Assembly: GCF_006345805.1 (NCBI RefSeq)
Contig: NC_042999.1
Location: 109,244,001-109,308,000, forward strand
Source of the DNA: Octopus sinensis
Taxonomy: Eukaryota
Length of the DNA: 64,000 nucleotides
Direction of reading: 5' to 3'
In this document: piece by piece, positions 23,900 through 37,765 of the stretch
Layout: each line of letters starts with the position of its first letter
Position numbering within the stretch: position 1 is the first letter of the stretch
Position numbers and translations under genes: made by a program
The notes under the pieces: generated by a model
Database searches by the model: none
What the model was told of the DNA's origin: nothing
The model's input: only the letters and a program-made list of their open reading frames with translations

Positions 23900-25500
23900 A
23901 AGTTACCTTTCACTGGTTTCCATTGATAACAAGTGAACTTATAGAAAAAAACAAAAAAAAACAAGAGTGTGTGCTCATAAATTATCTAGTCATGTCATCT
24001 TACATACATTTCATCAATAATATGCGTTATATAATGAAAACATTATAAGAAGATTATATCGTCAAATCATCAAAGAAAAAGAGATTAACCTTGGGGAAAA
24101 TGAGACACATAATCACACTTTTCCATATGCTTGGAGTTGATCCACATAGAGAGAAAGCATTAAAAAGTTTGGAGAGGATAAGAGGTAAATCTTGATTACA
24201 CTTTCTGAAAATAATAGAAGAGACTTACATCAGGAATAGCTGCCATACTGTGTTGCAGTAATCAGACAAGTTTTCACACCTGATGATTGTATATAGTGGG
24301 AAGTCAGATAAAATAAAAGAGAATTTAAGAGGAGTTTTGTTGTATGTATAAAGTTGGAAGCAACTGTGGTGAACAGTATCTGTGGTAGTTTTATCAATGG
24401 GAATGCTACATACTCCACCATATCAAATCAGTGGCACATATGATAATTCTGCAAAGTTAGTAGAGACCTTCATTTTCCTAAAGATCAGAAGGCCAGACAG
24501 TAATCTGTGAGGCAAGTGAGTTATAAGAATGTGCAATGCACAAAGGCCTCCTTTGCCAACTGTTTACTTATAGGAAGTAGTATGTAAACATCTCTGTTTG
24601 TGATGGTCAATTACCTCCCCCAGTTATAAGCAGTTGTTTTTAGTTTTACAACTGTAGCACAGTTGTGAATGACCCATTTGAGTGATCTGATAGCTGTGGG
24701 CTTATACTAAATGAGAAATATAGTGGGGGCCATCTAACAGGGTGATGTCCCAGCATGGCCACATGCTTTTGGTTGAACACATAAAAAAAATAAAAGAATA
24801 ACAACTTAGTTGTCTTGTATGGTTCAGAAGTGATGCACATTTGCTTCTAAGAATAGTCAGCTTAGAACTAAGCATTTATCTGGCTCAAGCTGTCACAGGA
24901 TTTGATTGTTATGGGTAGTTGTACGGCAGAAAGATATGAAGTGTGTACCTGTGATTAAGCTATCTGATAAACTAATGGAGAAACGGTTATGGCAGAGTAA
25001 AAGTTAGGGTTTGAAGATGAGGAAAATGGTAATGAATATTTGGGAAGTCAATTTGTTGGTGAAGAATGTGGAACAAGCAATTTATAATAGTAATAGTGCA
25101 ATGTCTGCCATTGGTGTCTCAAATGGAGCTGACTGAGAGTGAATAGGAGCTGTATGCATTGAAGCTACAATGATGATGACTTCAGAGAGTGGTGGGTTGA
25201 GGAAGAGGCCCTCAATGTAGCATAAAGTTGGCAAACAACTTAGAATGCTTGAAGGATTTAGGAGAGCATTGCAGATAGGAAATGTAGAGTCATGAAGAAA
25301 AAACATCCTGTGATAGAAAAACAAGGAGTCTGTGCTGAAGAATCCAGTGAGATGGGTGAATAGAAGTGAATTCTATTTAAGTGCAAACATCAGCTTTCCC
25401 AAAGAAACTGGAATGTTGAGTATAACTTGGAAAGCAGGCATGGGTTGGAGATGGAAGATGAAGCAGTTGTGTCTCAGTGAGTAACAAAATTTGAGATATG
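23900..25500 (-). pseudogene. Heavily decayed APE-type LINE (EN to start of RT; Jockey/CR1 group, clade unresolved), interrupted
   Basis: PLSEVIIIVASMH..HSQS (EN GDFN region), LAKEAFV, CFLSMWINSKHMEK..HFPQG (RT domain 0/1-like). Confidence 0.55.
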
Positions 25501-28019
25501 TGTGTTAGAAGAAGGTGGTGCCTCAGATTATCGTTTGTACAAAGTTCATAGATGTGAGTGCACGGATTGATTATAATCTTTATAAATATTGTACAATTTT
25601 AACAATTTTTTTTTGCCTACTTCTTACGTTTGAAGAAACTTCAGAAAGAGAAAATAAACAAAAACATAAATCCTCTGATATTTTTAAATAAAATGTCATG
25701 TGTGAAGTATATTTATAAATCTGTTAATTAACTTATTTGTAAATTGAAAGACAGCTTAACACTGAGCTATTAGAGTAGCGGTTTGATTCTGAGAATGAAC
25801 AGGTAGTAAAATAACTGATGGAAGTTCTTTTACACTTATTACTGAGATATTGTTGTTGCTCTTCTTATCATCACGATCATCATAATTTTCATCATTATTG
25901 CTGCTGTTGTTGTTGTTGTTGTTTCATACTTGATCCTTTCATATTCAAAATTTGGTAAGATATGACAGATTTCAAAGTATAGATTTTCATAATTCTATCA
26001 CATGAACAAATTCTGTCATTTATGAAACTTTAACAAAAAAAGCGTCTTTTACTTTCTCCTCTTTTTAGCATTCCATCATTACTACTACTACTACTACTAC
26101 TACATTCCCATTAACTCCTATTATATAAATCAACACAACCAAGGAAAATGACAGATATTAGCTGAAGATTAGTGTGGAATAATGGATGAAAAGGCATTGA
26201 GGGCATATTTAGATTTAGACACCAACAATGGAACATACTTGTCAGAAATGATGATTGACTTGGTTTTTTTTTTTTCTTTTTTTTTTTACTTGGAATAACA
26301 AGTAAACTAATAAAGATTGAAGATCAGAAATTAATATATAGGCTGTAGCTTTAGCGAAGCCAAATGCCGTTTTGATTTTTAAAATCAAATAACTTTTAAT
26401 ACAAAATAATTTCTTTATTTTAGTTGTAAAAATGGTCATCCTCAAAATAAATAAAAGTAGGATATTTTTTTTTAAATGTGTACTTTTTACATTTCTTTTT
26501 ATTGCTTTTATATTCAAATAGCTGTGCATAGATATATGTGTTTTTATAGCTAGTATAATATGTATATGATTAAGCTTGAGTGTTCTTGTTGTAAAATGTT
26601 TACTTGTCTACAGATATTATGTAAATCAAAATGTTTTTTGAATCAGATTTGATGTCTGAAATTCACACAGTCTATTCACACAGTCAGTGTGTCTGTCTCT
26701 CAATTGTTAAGTAGTTTAAGTGAAGAAACTTCAAATTTATGAATGAAAGACAAAAAATAAATAAATAAAAGAATAAAAAAGTAAAATAGAAAAAATAAAA
26801 TAAATTCAGATAAAATAAAACTGAATATACCCCAAAAGAATAATAAATAAATGCATGAATAGCAAAAACATTTTGCCTTAGTTATTTGATCATTAAGACT
26901 TTTTTTTGCCAGTGCTTTTCCAAGCATATCATCCGTTTTCTTTTTATTTGTAGTAGCAGAGAGGAAGTACAAATCTCATGGACTTGTATAAAACCTTTTC
27001 CTATTCAAAGAGTTAACTAATGCTAAATTTGTTAATATTATGCTTAGCAAGTTCAGTTAATGGTAAATATGAATTTTTATAGGTTAATATTTAGTGGCAG
27101 CACTAGGAATTTTAGAAGAGAATAGCCTTAAGGAAGACAGATCACATTAAGTTATTTAATTCAAACCTCTGTTTGATAAGTAAGGTTAGCAGAAAGAAGA
27201 CAAGTGTGAGGAATAAGAAAGGGATCTGTCATCTGCATCTCCATTACTGATAATGACTGAGGAATGGTAAATGAAAACTCAATATAATAGTCTTTACCAC
27301 TGTTGTAAAGAAGAAGCAAAACTCTAAAATATTACAATTCTGTTTCTTACCTGGTATAGAATTTTTTTTTTTTGTATGTGTGTTTGTAACCCTGCAAATC
27401 TATTTCTTTTTATAGACTTCTATCTGATCAATTTATAAATCAATTTTTATACCAATTTCCTCTTGAAAGTCAGAAAAATCCAATTTTGATATGCTTCCTT
27501 GCAATTTTGAAGCATTTATTAATTTAATTTGAAATGGTCGTCAAATTTTTTTTTATTAATACTGTGGATTTACTTTTCCTGTGATTGGATTAAATTGCTT
27601 TTGATACACAAGTAAATAAATAATTTTATTGAATTATTAATGTCTGTATGAAAAGAGGTTTATATTGCGTATATTAGATACTTGATCATATATGACAAAA
27701 GTTACAGTTGGCCAAGTTAATAGACTACTAGGCTGCTAACTGAGGGAGTTAGTAGTTTGCATCTGTCATAAGCAATAGTTGCAATCAAGTCATTTAGGTC
27801 TCTTTAGCTAAGTATAACTAAATAATGATACATACCACAGAATAATATAGCATCCCTGTTGCAAACAGTGATAGCATTCAAAAATTGAGAGATCTTTTGG
27901 CAGTATGCAGTGTTGAGTTCAATTCCTACTGCAGGCATAGTGGAAGTCAATCAGGTTGAGTTGTCATAGATACGCTTTAAGAACATAAAATTTTACTAGT
28001 TAATATGTCATAAGCTTTA

Positions 28020-28240
28020 AGGCGATGTGCTGACAGAATCATTAGCACATCAGGCAAACTGCTTAGTGACAGTTCATCTCTCTCTATGATCAGAGCTCAA
28101 ATTCCAGCAAGGCCACTTTGCCTTTTATCCTTTTGAAGTCGATAAAATAAGTACCAGTTGAGTGCTATGGTCGATGTAATTGACTTATCCCCCTCTCCCA
28201 AAATTGCCGGCCTTGTGCCAAAATTTGAATTGATATGTCA
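28020..28240 (+). mobile_element. SINE family B (decayed)
   Basis: ggcgatgtgctgacagaatcattagc..gagctcaaattcc..tttgccttttatccttttgaagtcgataaaataagtaccag. Confidence 0.8.
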
Positions 28241-30039
28241 TTGACTTACCATTATTTGATTGTAAAATGAGAGATTTTAAAGACAGATAGAGAAAAATAG
28301 TATATGTAGTTAAAGTTGTATTGAACTTGAAGTGATCTTTGAACAAATGAGTTGAAGAACTTATTTTTGAAAACTGTTTGTATTTGTAGAGGGCTATGAG
28401 TACATATTCATCGGAAAGCTACTGTGAGCTGATGGTACTAGCAAGTGACAAGCTAAAAGTTGGTGAATGAACACTTTGAGGTAGTTTGGTCAAACTTTTG
28501 CATTTTGGACCTTGCACTTAAATTAATGTTATATGAAAATGTCTGGAGATATTCTATCTTGAACTTATGCTAATGAAGGAAAACAGAGATAATTAAATGA
28601 ATAATTTTTCTTTCATAAGATAGTCAGATGAAAAGGGGCAGTGCCCAAGACATTAGGTGAAGATCCCAGTTTAAGCATCTAGATTATATTCTAATACATG
28701 ATGTTGTGATGCTTTCTTCAGTGCCCAAAGGCTCTTCCTGTAGATGGATTCTACCAAACCAGTGGAGAGTCACACATGAATTTGGTATTTAATTTAATCT
28801 TTTGTATGAACTGAAATTAAGAATTAGTCAATGGATTCCAAGTAAAATGATTTTAAAACTAATTACTGACCATTGAAACTCATTGTGGGTTATAAATATA
28901 CTTGAGGGAGTACTGTTGTAAGATATCCACAAAATGAATAATAATGGGCAGTTTTATGAAGGCCTTCAAGAAATAATCTTCATTATCATTCAATTGAAAT
29001 TACATAATATTCTCATTTGTTTTGGTGAATTTATTCTTAATTCTTTACTGCCTTACTGAGTTGCACATAAAATTATAACTCAGATGTAAATACAATGAAT
29101 ATTCAAATTTATGATGTTTTAATAAAAATTCATGCTGTTAACTAAATTTAACAGTTGTATTATTTGTGATTTTTATCTAGCAAAACCATCTCCTTGTGAT
29201 AAACTGAATAACAAGCAATAGGTATCCTATTACAAATGTTTAAGTATTAAATACTTCATTCCTATTCTTTTAGGTTTGGAAAATTTAATAATTTGATTGT
29301 AAATAAATCCTTCTCCAATACCAGAATAAAGATATCTACAAATAATCTCTATGTTTTTTTTTTTTTGTGGTTTGTTTTTGGTGGGGTTATAATAAGAGTG
29401 GAAATGTAATAGATTTATGTTGCCTTTAAAATTATTGTTCAATTCAAAATCAGGATATTTCTGTACAACTATATCTTAAGGCTTATATCTCATACAAAAA
29501 TATACTTTACAGGAAACCTTAAAAATCTACTCTTTATTTTACTGTTATCCAATAATCACATTATTAAAATACACCTTTTATAGACATACAAATTTAATAC
29601 CTCACAAATCTTTTAAATTAATTGTCTTTACTTTATGTAAAAAGTAAGGTTTTGATTTCTTGAACAAAAATCAATGATGGTATTGTATTTATAGTGCTGC
29701 CCATTTAGCATTGTTGTTCACATTATTTTTTCATTTTCCATTGTACATTCCAAATCAGTTTACATTATCTTTATAAATGAAAAAATTAAAATATAATTCT
29801 AAGTATTTGATAAATATATTTTTAAACATATAATGATTTGCTTTTGTGAAGTTAGTGGTGATCCTAATCAAAGGGAAATGAAATGAAAATTGTATATTGT
29901 AGTATGACTTATAAGAGTTGTATTCTTATAAAGTATCAAACTGGTATCAGATGTAACATTTCCCTAAAAGAAAACTTGATATTCAAAGCCAATATAACTA
30001 TTGGTGTTTCAAAAACTGTTTTTAATCATTTGTTCACAG

Positions 30040-30115
30040 ACTCTTCAAGTTGTGGTTGATATTCCTGAACAGCCAGCTCCAAAGAGCAGAAGCTACTATA
30101 GTTACCATAAAAAAG
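30040..30115 (+). CDS. Candidate coding exon TLQVVVDIPEQPAPKSRSYYSYHKK (unknown protein)
   Basis: Acceptor tttgttcacag, donor AAG|GTAAAG, non-repetitive sequence; a second frame (LFKLWLIF...) is also open. Confidence 0.4.
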
Positions 30116-30420
30116 GTAAAGTAAGAAATCAGCAGGTCTGTGGTCAATTAGTTGAACATTTTTGTGGATGCCATTTACGATGTCTGTCTTTCAGTAACAA
30201 CACCATACTAGACACTATTGCAGTATTCATTTGTGGATATTACTAGACCCTTGTAGAAGATTAATAATTGTTGGAAAATGAAGTATTTTCTGCTCCAAGA
30301 GATAGGGTAGTCTTTAAGATGCAGTTGTTGCTAAATTATGGATGTGAGATCATCAGTGGATGTGAGGCTTTGCATTTGTTGTAGTTGGTAGATTTTAGTT
30401 GAGTATTGTCTATTAAAGTG

Positions 30421-30760
30421 AAGGTGCATGGCTCAGTGGTTAGAGCATCGAGCTTACGATTGTGAGGTTGTGAGCTCAAATCCCGGAGCAGGCTGCGTGT
30501 TGTGTTCTTGAGCAAGACACTTTATTTCACATTGTACCTGTTCACTCAGCTATAGAAATGAGTTGCGACGTCACAGGTGCCAAGCTGTATCGGCGGTTGC
30601 CTTTCCCTTGGATAATAACACTGGTGGCATGGAGAGGAGAGTCCGGTATGCATGGGTGACTGCTGGTCTTCCATAAACAACCTTGCCCGGACTTGTGCCT
30701 GGGAGGGTAACTTTCTAGGTGCAATCCCATGGTCTGTGTCATGACCGAAGGGGGTCTCAG
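30421..30760 (+). mobile_element. SINE family C
   Basis: tggctcagtggttagagc, B-box-like gagctcaaatccc, gtgttcttgagcaagacactttatttcac. Confidence 0.85.
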
Positions 30761-31057
30761 ATTGTCTATTAAATACAATGCTGAAAGGCAAAAATTTGCC
30801 TGAATATTGGAAGTTTTCTGAGAAAATATAAAACATAAGCCCTTCAAGTTATGTTCATTTCTAATCAATTCACTGCATTTGAATCAATGGCCTCTGCCTG
30901 GACAGTAAAGTTTATAGTTTTAAATATTTTTCTTTGAATACATATATAGGAAATATAAAATAAAATTTACAAGATGTATATTTAAACAGATGTTTTCTTT
31001 GAGTGCGAATCCTACACAGATCATATATACATACAACAAATATATATAATACAACGT

Positions 31058-32090
31058 GTTGGTGGCACGTAAAAAGCACCATCCGAATCGTGGCCGAAGC
31101 CAGTGCCGCCTCGACTGGCTTCCGTGCAGGTGGCACGTAAAATGCACCAATCCAACCATAGCCGATGCCAGCCTCGCCTGGCCCCAGTGCAGGTGGCACG
31201 TAAAAAGCACCCACTACACTCACGGAGTGGTTGGCGTTAGGAAGGGCATCTAGCTGTAGAAACATTGCCAGATAAGACCGGAGCCAGTGGCAGCCTTCTG
31301 GCTTCCCAGATCCCCGGTCGAACTGTCCAACCCATGCTAGCATGGAGAACGGACGTTAAACGATGATGATGATGATGATGATGATGTGTGTGTATGTGTG
31401 TGTGGTGTATTTATTTGCATTTTTTCATCTGGCACCTGTGTCGGTGGCACATAAAAACACCATCCGAAGACCCGGCAAGACTAGTCAGGCCATAACCCGT
31501 GGCCCCTACCTGGGACGTAGTCAGTCCACCTGTGCATACCTTCCTTCTTGTGACACTTGTGAAGACCTGTTGAGGCAAGTGAAAATCAATCAAAACAAAT
31601 CAAAATAGATGAACATCAATGGAATTTGTATCTTTGTGGTACCAGTGCCGGTGGCACACAAGAAAACCATCCGAATGTGGCCGTAGCCAGTACAGCATCG
31701 ACTAGCCTCCGTGCTGTGGGCACGTAACAAACACCATCCGATCGTGGCCGTTCGTCAGCCTCATCTGGCACCTGTGTCGGTGGCACATAAAAACACCATC
31801 CGAGCGTGGCCGTCTGCCTGCCTCGTCTGGCACCTGTGTCGGTGGCACATAAAAAACACCATCCGAGCGTGGCCGTTCGCCAGCCTCGTCTGGCACCTGT
31901 GTCGGTGGCACATAAAATCACCCACTACACTCTCGGAGTGGTTGGCGTTAGGAAGGGCATCCAGCTGTAGAAACACTGCCAGATCTGACTGTTCCTGGTG
32001 CAGCCTTCGGGCTCCCCAGACCCCAGTTGAACCGTCCAACCCATGCTAGCATGGAAAACGGACGCTAAATGAATGATGATGATGATGATG
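31058..32090 (+). mobile_element. Two tandem RTE family 2 3' ends with expanded ~50 bp modules
   Basis: Two tails each ending aacggacg.taaa.gatgatgat; at least 6 tggcac.taaaa.cacc modules in the second. Confidence 0.9.
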
Positions 32091-32584
32091 ATACAAATAG
32101 AATCTCTAAATGAAAACATTTCTGTTTTCCTAAACCAGCTAATGTACAATGTTCAACAATCTTGTTCTTTTACTTAGTAATTTTTCATTATTACTTCAGC
32201 AAGCACAGCAAAGACTTTGCTTTACTGTTGAGGTCAGAATAAGACAAAATATGTCTGGAGTCACCTGCTGTTCTTACTGAACAATGAATGATAATGATAT
32301 AAGCATAAGGCTTATATAATAACGTTGGTATTATCATAATGTATTTTTCTCATTATACACAAACACACGCGCACACACCTATGGTTCTCACTAGCCACTG
32401 CAAGGATGATTTTCATTTGTTTCTAATAATATTGCATTTTTAAACACAGATCATCCATATGAGATACTATCTCTAGACAAATACCACAATAAATTTCACG
32501 CTGTAATATATTTAGTATGATAAACTTATGGTTATTTTAATCTAATACTGCTTCTGTTGCATATAACAAATATGAAGGTTTAGC

Positions 32585-32725
32585 TGTGAGGTGGAGACAT
32601 TTGCAGGTGTTTGTTTTCCAACCACGTAGTTTGGGGTTCAATTGCATAGCATGGCACCTTGAACAAGTGTTTTCTCCTATAGCCTTGGACCAACCAAAGG
32701 CTTGTAGACAGAAACTAAAAGAAGC
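32585..32725 (+). mobile_element. SINE family A head (decayed)
   Basis: caaccacgtagtttggggttcaatt..atggcaccttgaacaagtgttttctcctatagcc. Confidence 0.65.
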
Positions 32726-32759
32726 TTGTCATATCAATCTCCATGTTAACACAGACATA

Positions 32760-33376
32760 ACAGAATACTTAAATCAAGATACTACAATCAGAACAGATAC
32801 TATAAAATACTACAATCAGACACACTGCTCAACTGTGTTGGAGAATTTACTTATCAGTAAAGTAAAATCTCTAGCAGAAAAAGTGATGTAAACACAAACA
32901 TTGGTAAAGCCCAGGGTGCTATTGACAAGTTGTCTCCAGTGTGAAAATCTAAGCTTTCAGACAACATCAAAAAGGATCCTCTTCCAAGCAACTGTTATCT
33001 CTGTTTTGTTGTATGGCTGCTCAGCATGGACTCTTATCTCAAAGAGGAAAGAAGATTGGATGGCCCCTGTACTCACATGCTAAGAGTGGCTTTGAATATC
33101 ACTTGGCGAGATCATCTGACTAATGACTGATTGTATGGGAACCTGCGTCTAGTATTAGACATCATCAAAGAGTGTAGTCAGACTCACAGGGCATTGCTGA
33201 AGAGCTAAAGACAAAGTTGTCAGTGAAGTTTTTTTTTTATGTAGGATCTTACACATGGAAGAACTAGGAGGAGATGAAAAACCAAGACCTATATCAAGCA
33301 GATGTGTGACAACATAAACCTCTCTGACCTGTTGAATATGATGAACAATAGAATTGGATGGCAACATGCAAGCAGT

Positions 33377-33445
<69 letters not shown>
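32760..33445 (+). pseudogene. RTE-X-like LINE 3' remnant with (GAT)n tail
   Basis: IGKAQGAIDKLSPV..LFQATVISVLLYGCSAWTL..RLDG..HMLRVALNITWRDH..LYGNL. Confidence 0.78.
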
Positions 33446-34536
33446 TGGTGGTGATGATGATATCTGTCTGTACACTTATGTGTGTGTGTGTGCGTGCCTG
33501 TGTGTGTGTGTATGTGTAAAATAATAATGATAATAATGGAGTCTTGCATTGATTTTGACATATGAAGGCCTAAGAACATTTTTGTGTTTTTATTTTGTTT
33601 TAGCTCTAATGTCTGATGAGAATTTAATCCACCCAATGATAGACAAGCCTGCAGATTGGGCACAAGAAAGCATTGTTATACTAAGTGGATGACAAGTTAG
33701 TTTGAAACATTGTCTTTGCTCTCAGTTGTTTAAGATACATATGTGTGTGTGTTTGTGTGTATGTGTGTGTGTATATATGTGTGTGCATGTTTGTACCACC
33801 TTGTCTTGATACATGTGGAAGTTGTAAATGAGTTTCACCATCATACAAACAACATCATTCTTTATTTCCTGTTTTCTGTGAAAACATGTCTGGCCATGAG
33901 AAAATATTACCTTACATGGAAACAGGTGAGGGTTGATGACAGGAAGGGCATCCAACTATAAAAAAACCTGCTTCATTAAACTCCATTTGACCCATGGAAG
34001 CATGGAAAAATTGATGTTAAAACGATTCTGACAACAACGACGACGATGATGTATATATATATACATATATATATATACACTCATACACATGCACACACAC
34101 ATACACACACATCTATATATATCACAAAAACCACAATTAGTCATATGCACCATATACATGAATGCATATTATACACAAATATATATGGCATGTTAATTTA
34201 TTCAAGTTCAGTTTCAAGTTTGCTTTGAACAGTTGCTATCATAGTAGAACATATAGACATTGTACACATATATCTAGTATTATAATACCGTAACATAGGC
34301 CATTAAGTATTTTACTGTTTCCTATATACTCCATGTTTGTCTTGTTTGTATACACTAGCATGTTTCTGTGTGGCCTATACTTATAATATGGCTCTGTCTT
34401 CCACCTTCATTGCAGTGAGAGAAGACAATGTGCTTTCTACCTTAAGCAATAACCTATCTGGAGTTTTGTTAAGCTTAACTAAATTGAATGCTTTTTATTC
34501 ATTCAAATGGGGAATCACAGGTAAAACCTGTACATA

Positions 34537-34930
34537 AGTGCAGGAGTGGCTGTGTAGTAAGTGGCTTGCTTACCAACCACATGGTTCCGGGTTCAGTCCC
34601 ACTGCATGGCACCTTGGGCAAGTGTCTTCTACTATAGTCACAGGCCGACCAAAGCCTTGTGAGTAGATTTGGTAGACGGAAACTGAAAGAAGCCCATCGT
34701 ATATATGTATGTGTGTGTATATGTTTGTGTGTCTGTGCTTGTCCCCCCAACATTGCCTGGCAACTGATGCTGGTGTGTTTACGTCCCCGTAACCTAGCTG
34801 TTTGGCAAAAGAGATTGATTGAATAAGTACTAGGCTTACAAAGAATCAGTCCTGGTCAATTTGCTTGACTTAAGCTGGTGCTCTAGCATGGTCACAGTCA
34901 AACGACTGAAACGAGTAAAAGAGTAAAAGA
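34537..34930 (+). mobile_element. SINE family A, full length
   Basis: gtgcaggagtggctgtg..gggttcagtccc (B-box)..tggcaccttgggcaagtgtcttc..(TA/TG)n..gactgaaacgagtaaaagagtaaaag. Confidence 0.92.
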
Positions 34931-36209
34931 ATTATAAAAAATTTTCCTGCCATCTTTCAGTGACAAAGATTATAAATAACTCTCCAAAACATTCATTCTA
35001 TGATACTTTGCATCACAGTCATTCATACTTGATGAAGATGTTGCAAATTAGCTTCGTGTCCAGATTTAGAAACTAAAAGCTTCATGTCAAACATTGTGCA
35101 AAATTATGTTATTGAATGGAATTTGATCATCTATAAGCTCATTTTTGAAGCTTTCTATTCTCATGTGTGAAACTAAAACAAACAAGCAAATAAATAGATA
35201 AATAAAAACAAAAAAAATCACTGTAACTTTATAAGAAAACTAGAACAGTGAAAAGAAAGAAATAGGAAAAACTTAGCTTTCACTCTTTGAGAAATAATGA
35301 ATGAAGTATTCCTTAGGGATTCACTTGTAGGTAGTACTCTAAGAGACTTTCTAATAGTTTTTATGTAAGAGCTTTGGAAAACTTATACTTATTTGAATCT
35401 AAAGCATTACCTTCATTGAATAATCTGTTCATCGTAGTTTTAGTTATAATCCCAATGAAAATGGCTGAATAGCTGAGTTGATTTTCTTCATCTTTGGTAT
35501 CTATTTTATAAATTTACTCAAAAGATTAAGAAAAGAATGTAATTCACTGTCTAACAGGTTCTCTTCTCAAATCATGTTGAAATTGGTGAAAGATAGTAAA
35601 ATAGTAAATGTTTCTTTGAAAGTATGATGAAAAAGCAAATAAATCTTTAAGACAGGATTTGAAAGGAGTATCTTTGAGACAATTAATCTGGGAGGTTTAT
35701 TAATACGAACTATGTAAAATACTCTGCTGTGTATCAACAAGCAGAATTACCATCTTAATCATCATTTCATTAATCCTTTAGTATCTAAACTTGCAAATAT
35801 CTGGCTCAAATATTCTACCTGTTTTATGTTTAATTCAGCTAGTACTGGCCTGCCACACCTACTCTTCTACAATGTCATTCTAAATTAAGCAATCACATAT
35901 TAGCAATCACATTTTTGAAATCTCAAAGCGACAAGATAATGCATTCAAAACAATGTGAATGAATATACATTATATTTGACAGAGTAATCTGAATGCTAAA
36001 GTGTTAAGACTGTTTCTAGGCTTACCCATCTTGCACATACATTCATAAAAACTTTTCTGTACTCAGTTGCATAAAAGCATTAAAACTCATCTAACAGATC
36101 AACGTAAAAGTCTTCTAGGTTAAAACTACATATATTCATAAATTTGGCTGAAGCAAAAGAAGCAAATTAAGTTTTAGATAACAATGCAATGTAATTAGTA
36201 ATACATTTA

Positions 36210-36450
36210 AGGCAGTGAGCTGGCAGAAACGTTAGCACGCTGGGTGAAATACTTAGTGGTATTTCATCTGCCACCACGTTCAGAGTTCAAATTCTGCAGA
36301 GGTCAACATTGTCTTTCATCCATTCGGGGTTGACTAAATAAGTACCAGTTACGCTCTGGGGTCAATATAATCGACTTAATCCGTTTGTCTGTCCTCGTTT
36401 GTCCCCTCTGTGTGTATCCCCTTGAGGGCAGTAAAGAAATAAAGAAATAA
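36210..36450 (+). mobile_element. SINE family B
   Basis: Family B consensus; probable TSD taatacatt. Confidence 0.88.
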
Positions 36451-36600
36451 ATAATACATTAAACTGAGGGACTTGTCTAAACGAACCCTTCTTTGACATA
36501 CATCAGAATCAGCTGAAAAACAGTCTGAAACAAAGATTATAGAATGCCTTTTACAATGCTCTGCAAAGAGAATAGGGAATCATAAAGTTTTTTGATAAAG

Positions 36601-37035
36601 GTGCAGGTGTGGTTATGTGGTAAAAAGCTTGCTTCCCAGCCACATGATTCTAGGTTCAGTCCCACTGCATGGCATGTTGGGTAAGTATTTTCTTGTATAG
36701 CCCCTTGGGCTGATCAACTTCTTGTGAGTAGATTTAGTAGATAGTAACAGAAAGAAGCTTGTTATATATATGTGTGTGTGTATATGTATGTGTGTGTGTG
36801 TGTGTGTGTGTGCACCTTTACATTTGTGTTTGTCCCCCACTACTGCTTGACAACCAGTGTTGGTATGTTTACACTCCCATAACTTAGCAGTTCAACAAAA
36901 GAGACCAATAGAATAAGTATCAGGCTTAACAAAGACAATAAAAAATAAGCAATCAGGTAAATTCATTTGACTAAAATTCTTCAAGGTGGTACCCCAGCAT
37001 GGCCACAGTCTAATGACTGAAACAAATCAAATGAA
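36601..37035 (+). mobile_element. SINE family A
   Basis: Same head, microsatellite and tail structure. Confidence 0.85.
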
Positions 37036-37351
37036 AAAGATAGGGGAGAATTTCTGAAATACAGACATTTTCTGCCAAATACATGAATGCATGAAGAGAC
37101 AACAAAGCCTGGAAATTCATACATAATGCAGAAAGGTCGACAAGTACATTATTGAACATACCTATTTTCACTACTCCACTTACTGGAGCCTTTTTAAGAA
37201 GCAAAATTATGACAGATCTACTCAAGAAATATAAAAAATGTTAATCTATTGATGCCTTAGTTAAAGTTTTAGTTTATCTAAAATTAATAAATGAAAACAA
37301 TTAGCCTCCCAGTAATTAAGAAAAAGGGAACTGCATCAAATATAATTAAAT

Positions 37352-37765
37352 AGGTGCAGGAGTGGTTGTGTGGTAAGTAGCTTGCTTACCAACCACATGG
37401 TTCCAGGTTCAGTCCCACTGTGTGGCACCTTGGGCAAGTGTCTTCTACTATGGCCTCAGGCCAACCAGGGCCTTGTGGGTAGATTTGGTAGACGGAAACT
37501 GAAAGAAGCCTGTCGTATATATGTATATATATGTGTGTATGTCTGTGTGTGTATGTGTGTGTCTTTGTTTGTCCCCCCAACATCGCTTGACAACTGATGC
37601 TGGAGTGCTTACGTACCCGTAACTTAGCGGTTCGGCGAAAGAGAATGATAGAATAAGTACTAGGCTTACAAAAATTAAGTTCTGGGGTCGATTTGCTCGA
37701 CTAAAGGCTGTGCTCCAGCATAGCTGCAGTCAAATGACTGAAACAAGTAAAAGAGTAAAAGAGAG
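37352..37765 (+). mobile_element. SINE family A, full length (young, CpGs retained)
   Basis: Same structure; (gagtaaaa)n tail. Confidence 0.92.

Noticed and set aside
26155-26240. ATTAGCTGAAGATTA 15-mer identical to the hammerhead 5' half, and a short ORF MDEKALRAYLDL..
   Set aside because: No stem II, stem III or cleavage triplet; the ORF has no usable splice donor and runs into poly-T
28635-28730. Minus-strand CUGAAGA followed by a 7 bp AAGCAUC/GAUGCUU stem, between 10 bp direct repeats cagtgcccaa
   Set aside because: G12 is missing (UAAAC, not GAAAC) and there is no NUH followed by a stem I partner
31616-31930. Regularly spaced repeats resembling a CRISPR array (also 15.96-16.15 kb and 56.8 kb)
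   Set aside because: No unique spacers, no cas genes, eukaryotic context; they are TE-internal tandem repeats
33605-33685. CTGATGA...GAAA with a CCCAAT/ATTGGG stem
   Set aside because: Stem I cannot form and the stem II closing pair is mismatched
37352-37430. tRNA-like sequences with A and B boxes
   Set aside because: SINE heads: no complete cloverleaf, and each continues into a SINE body
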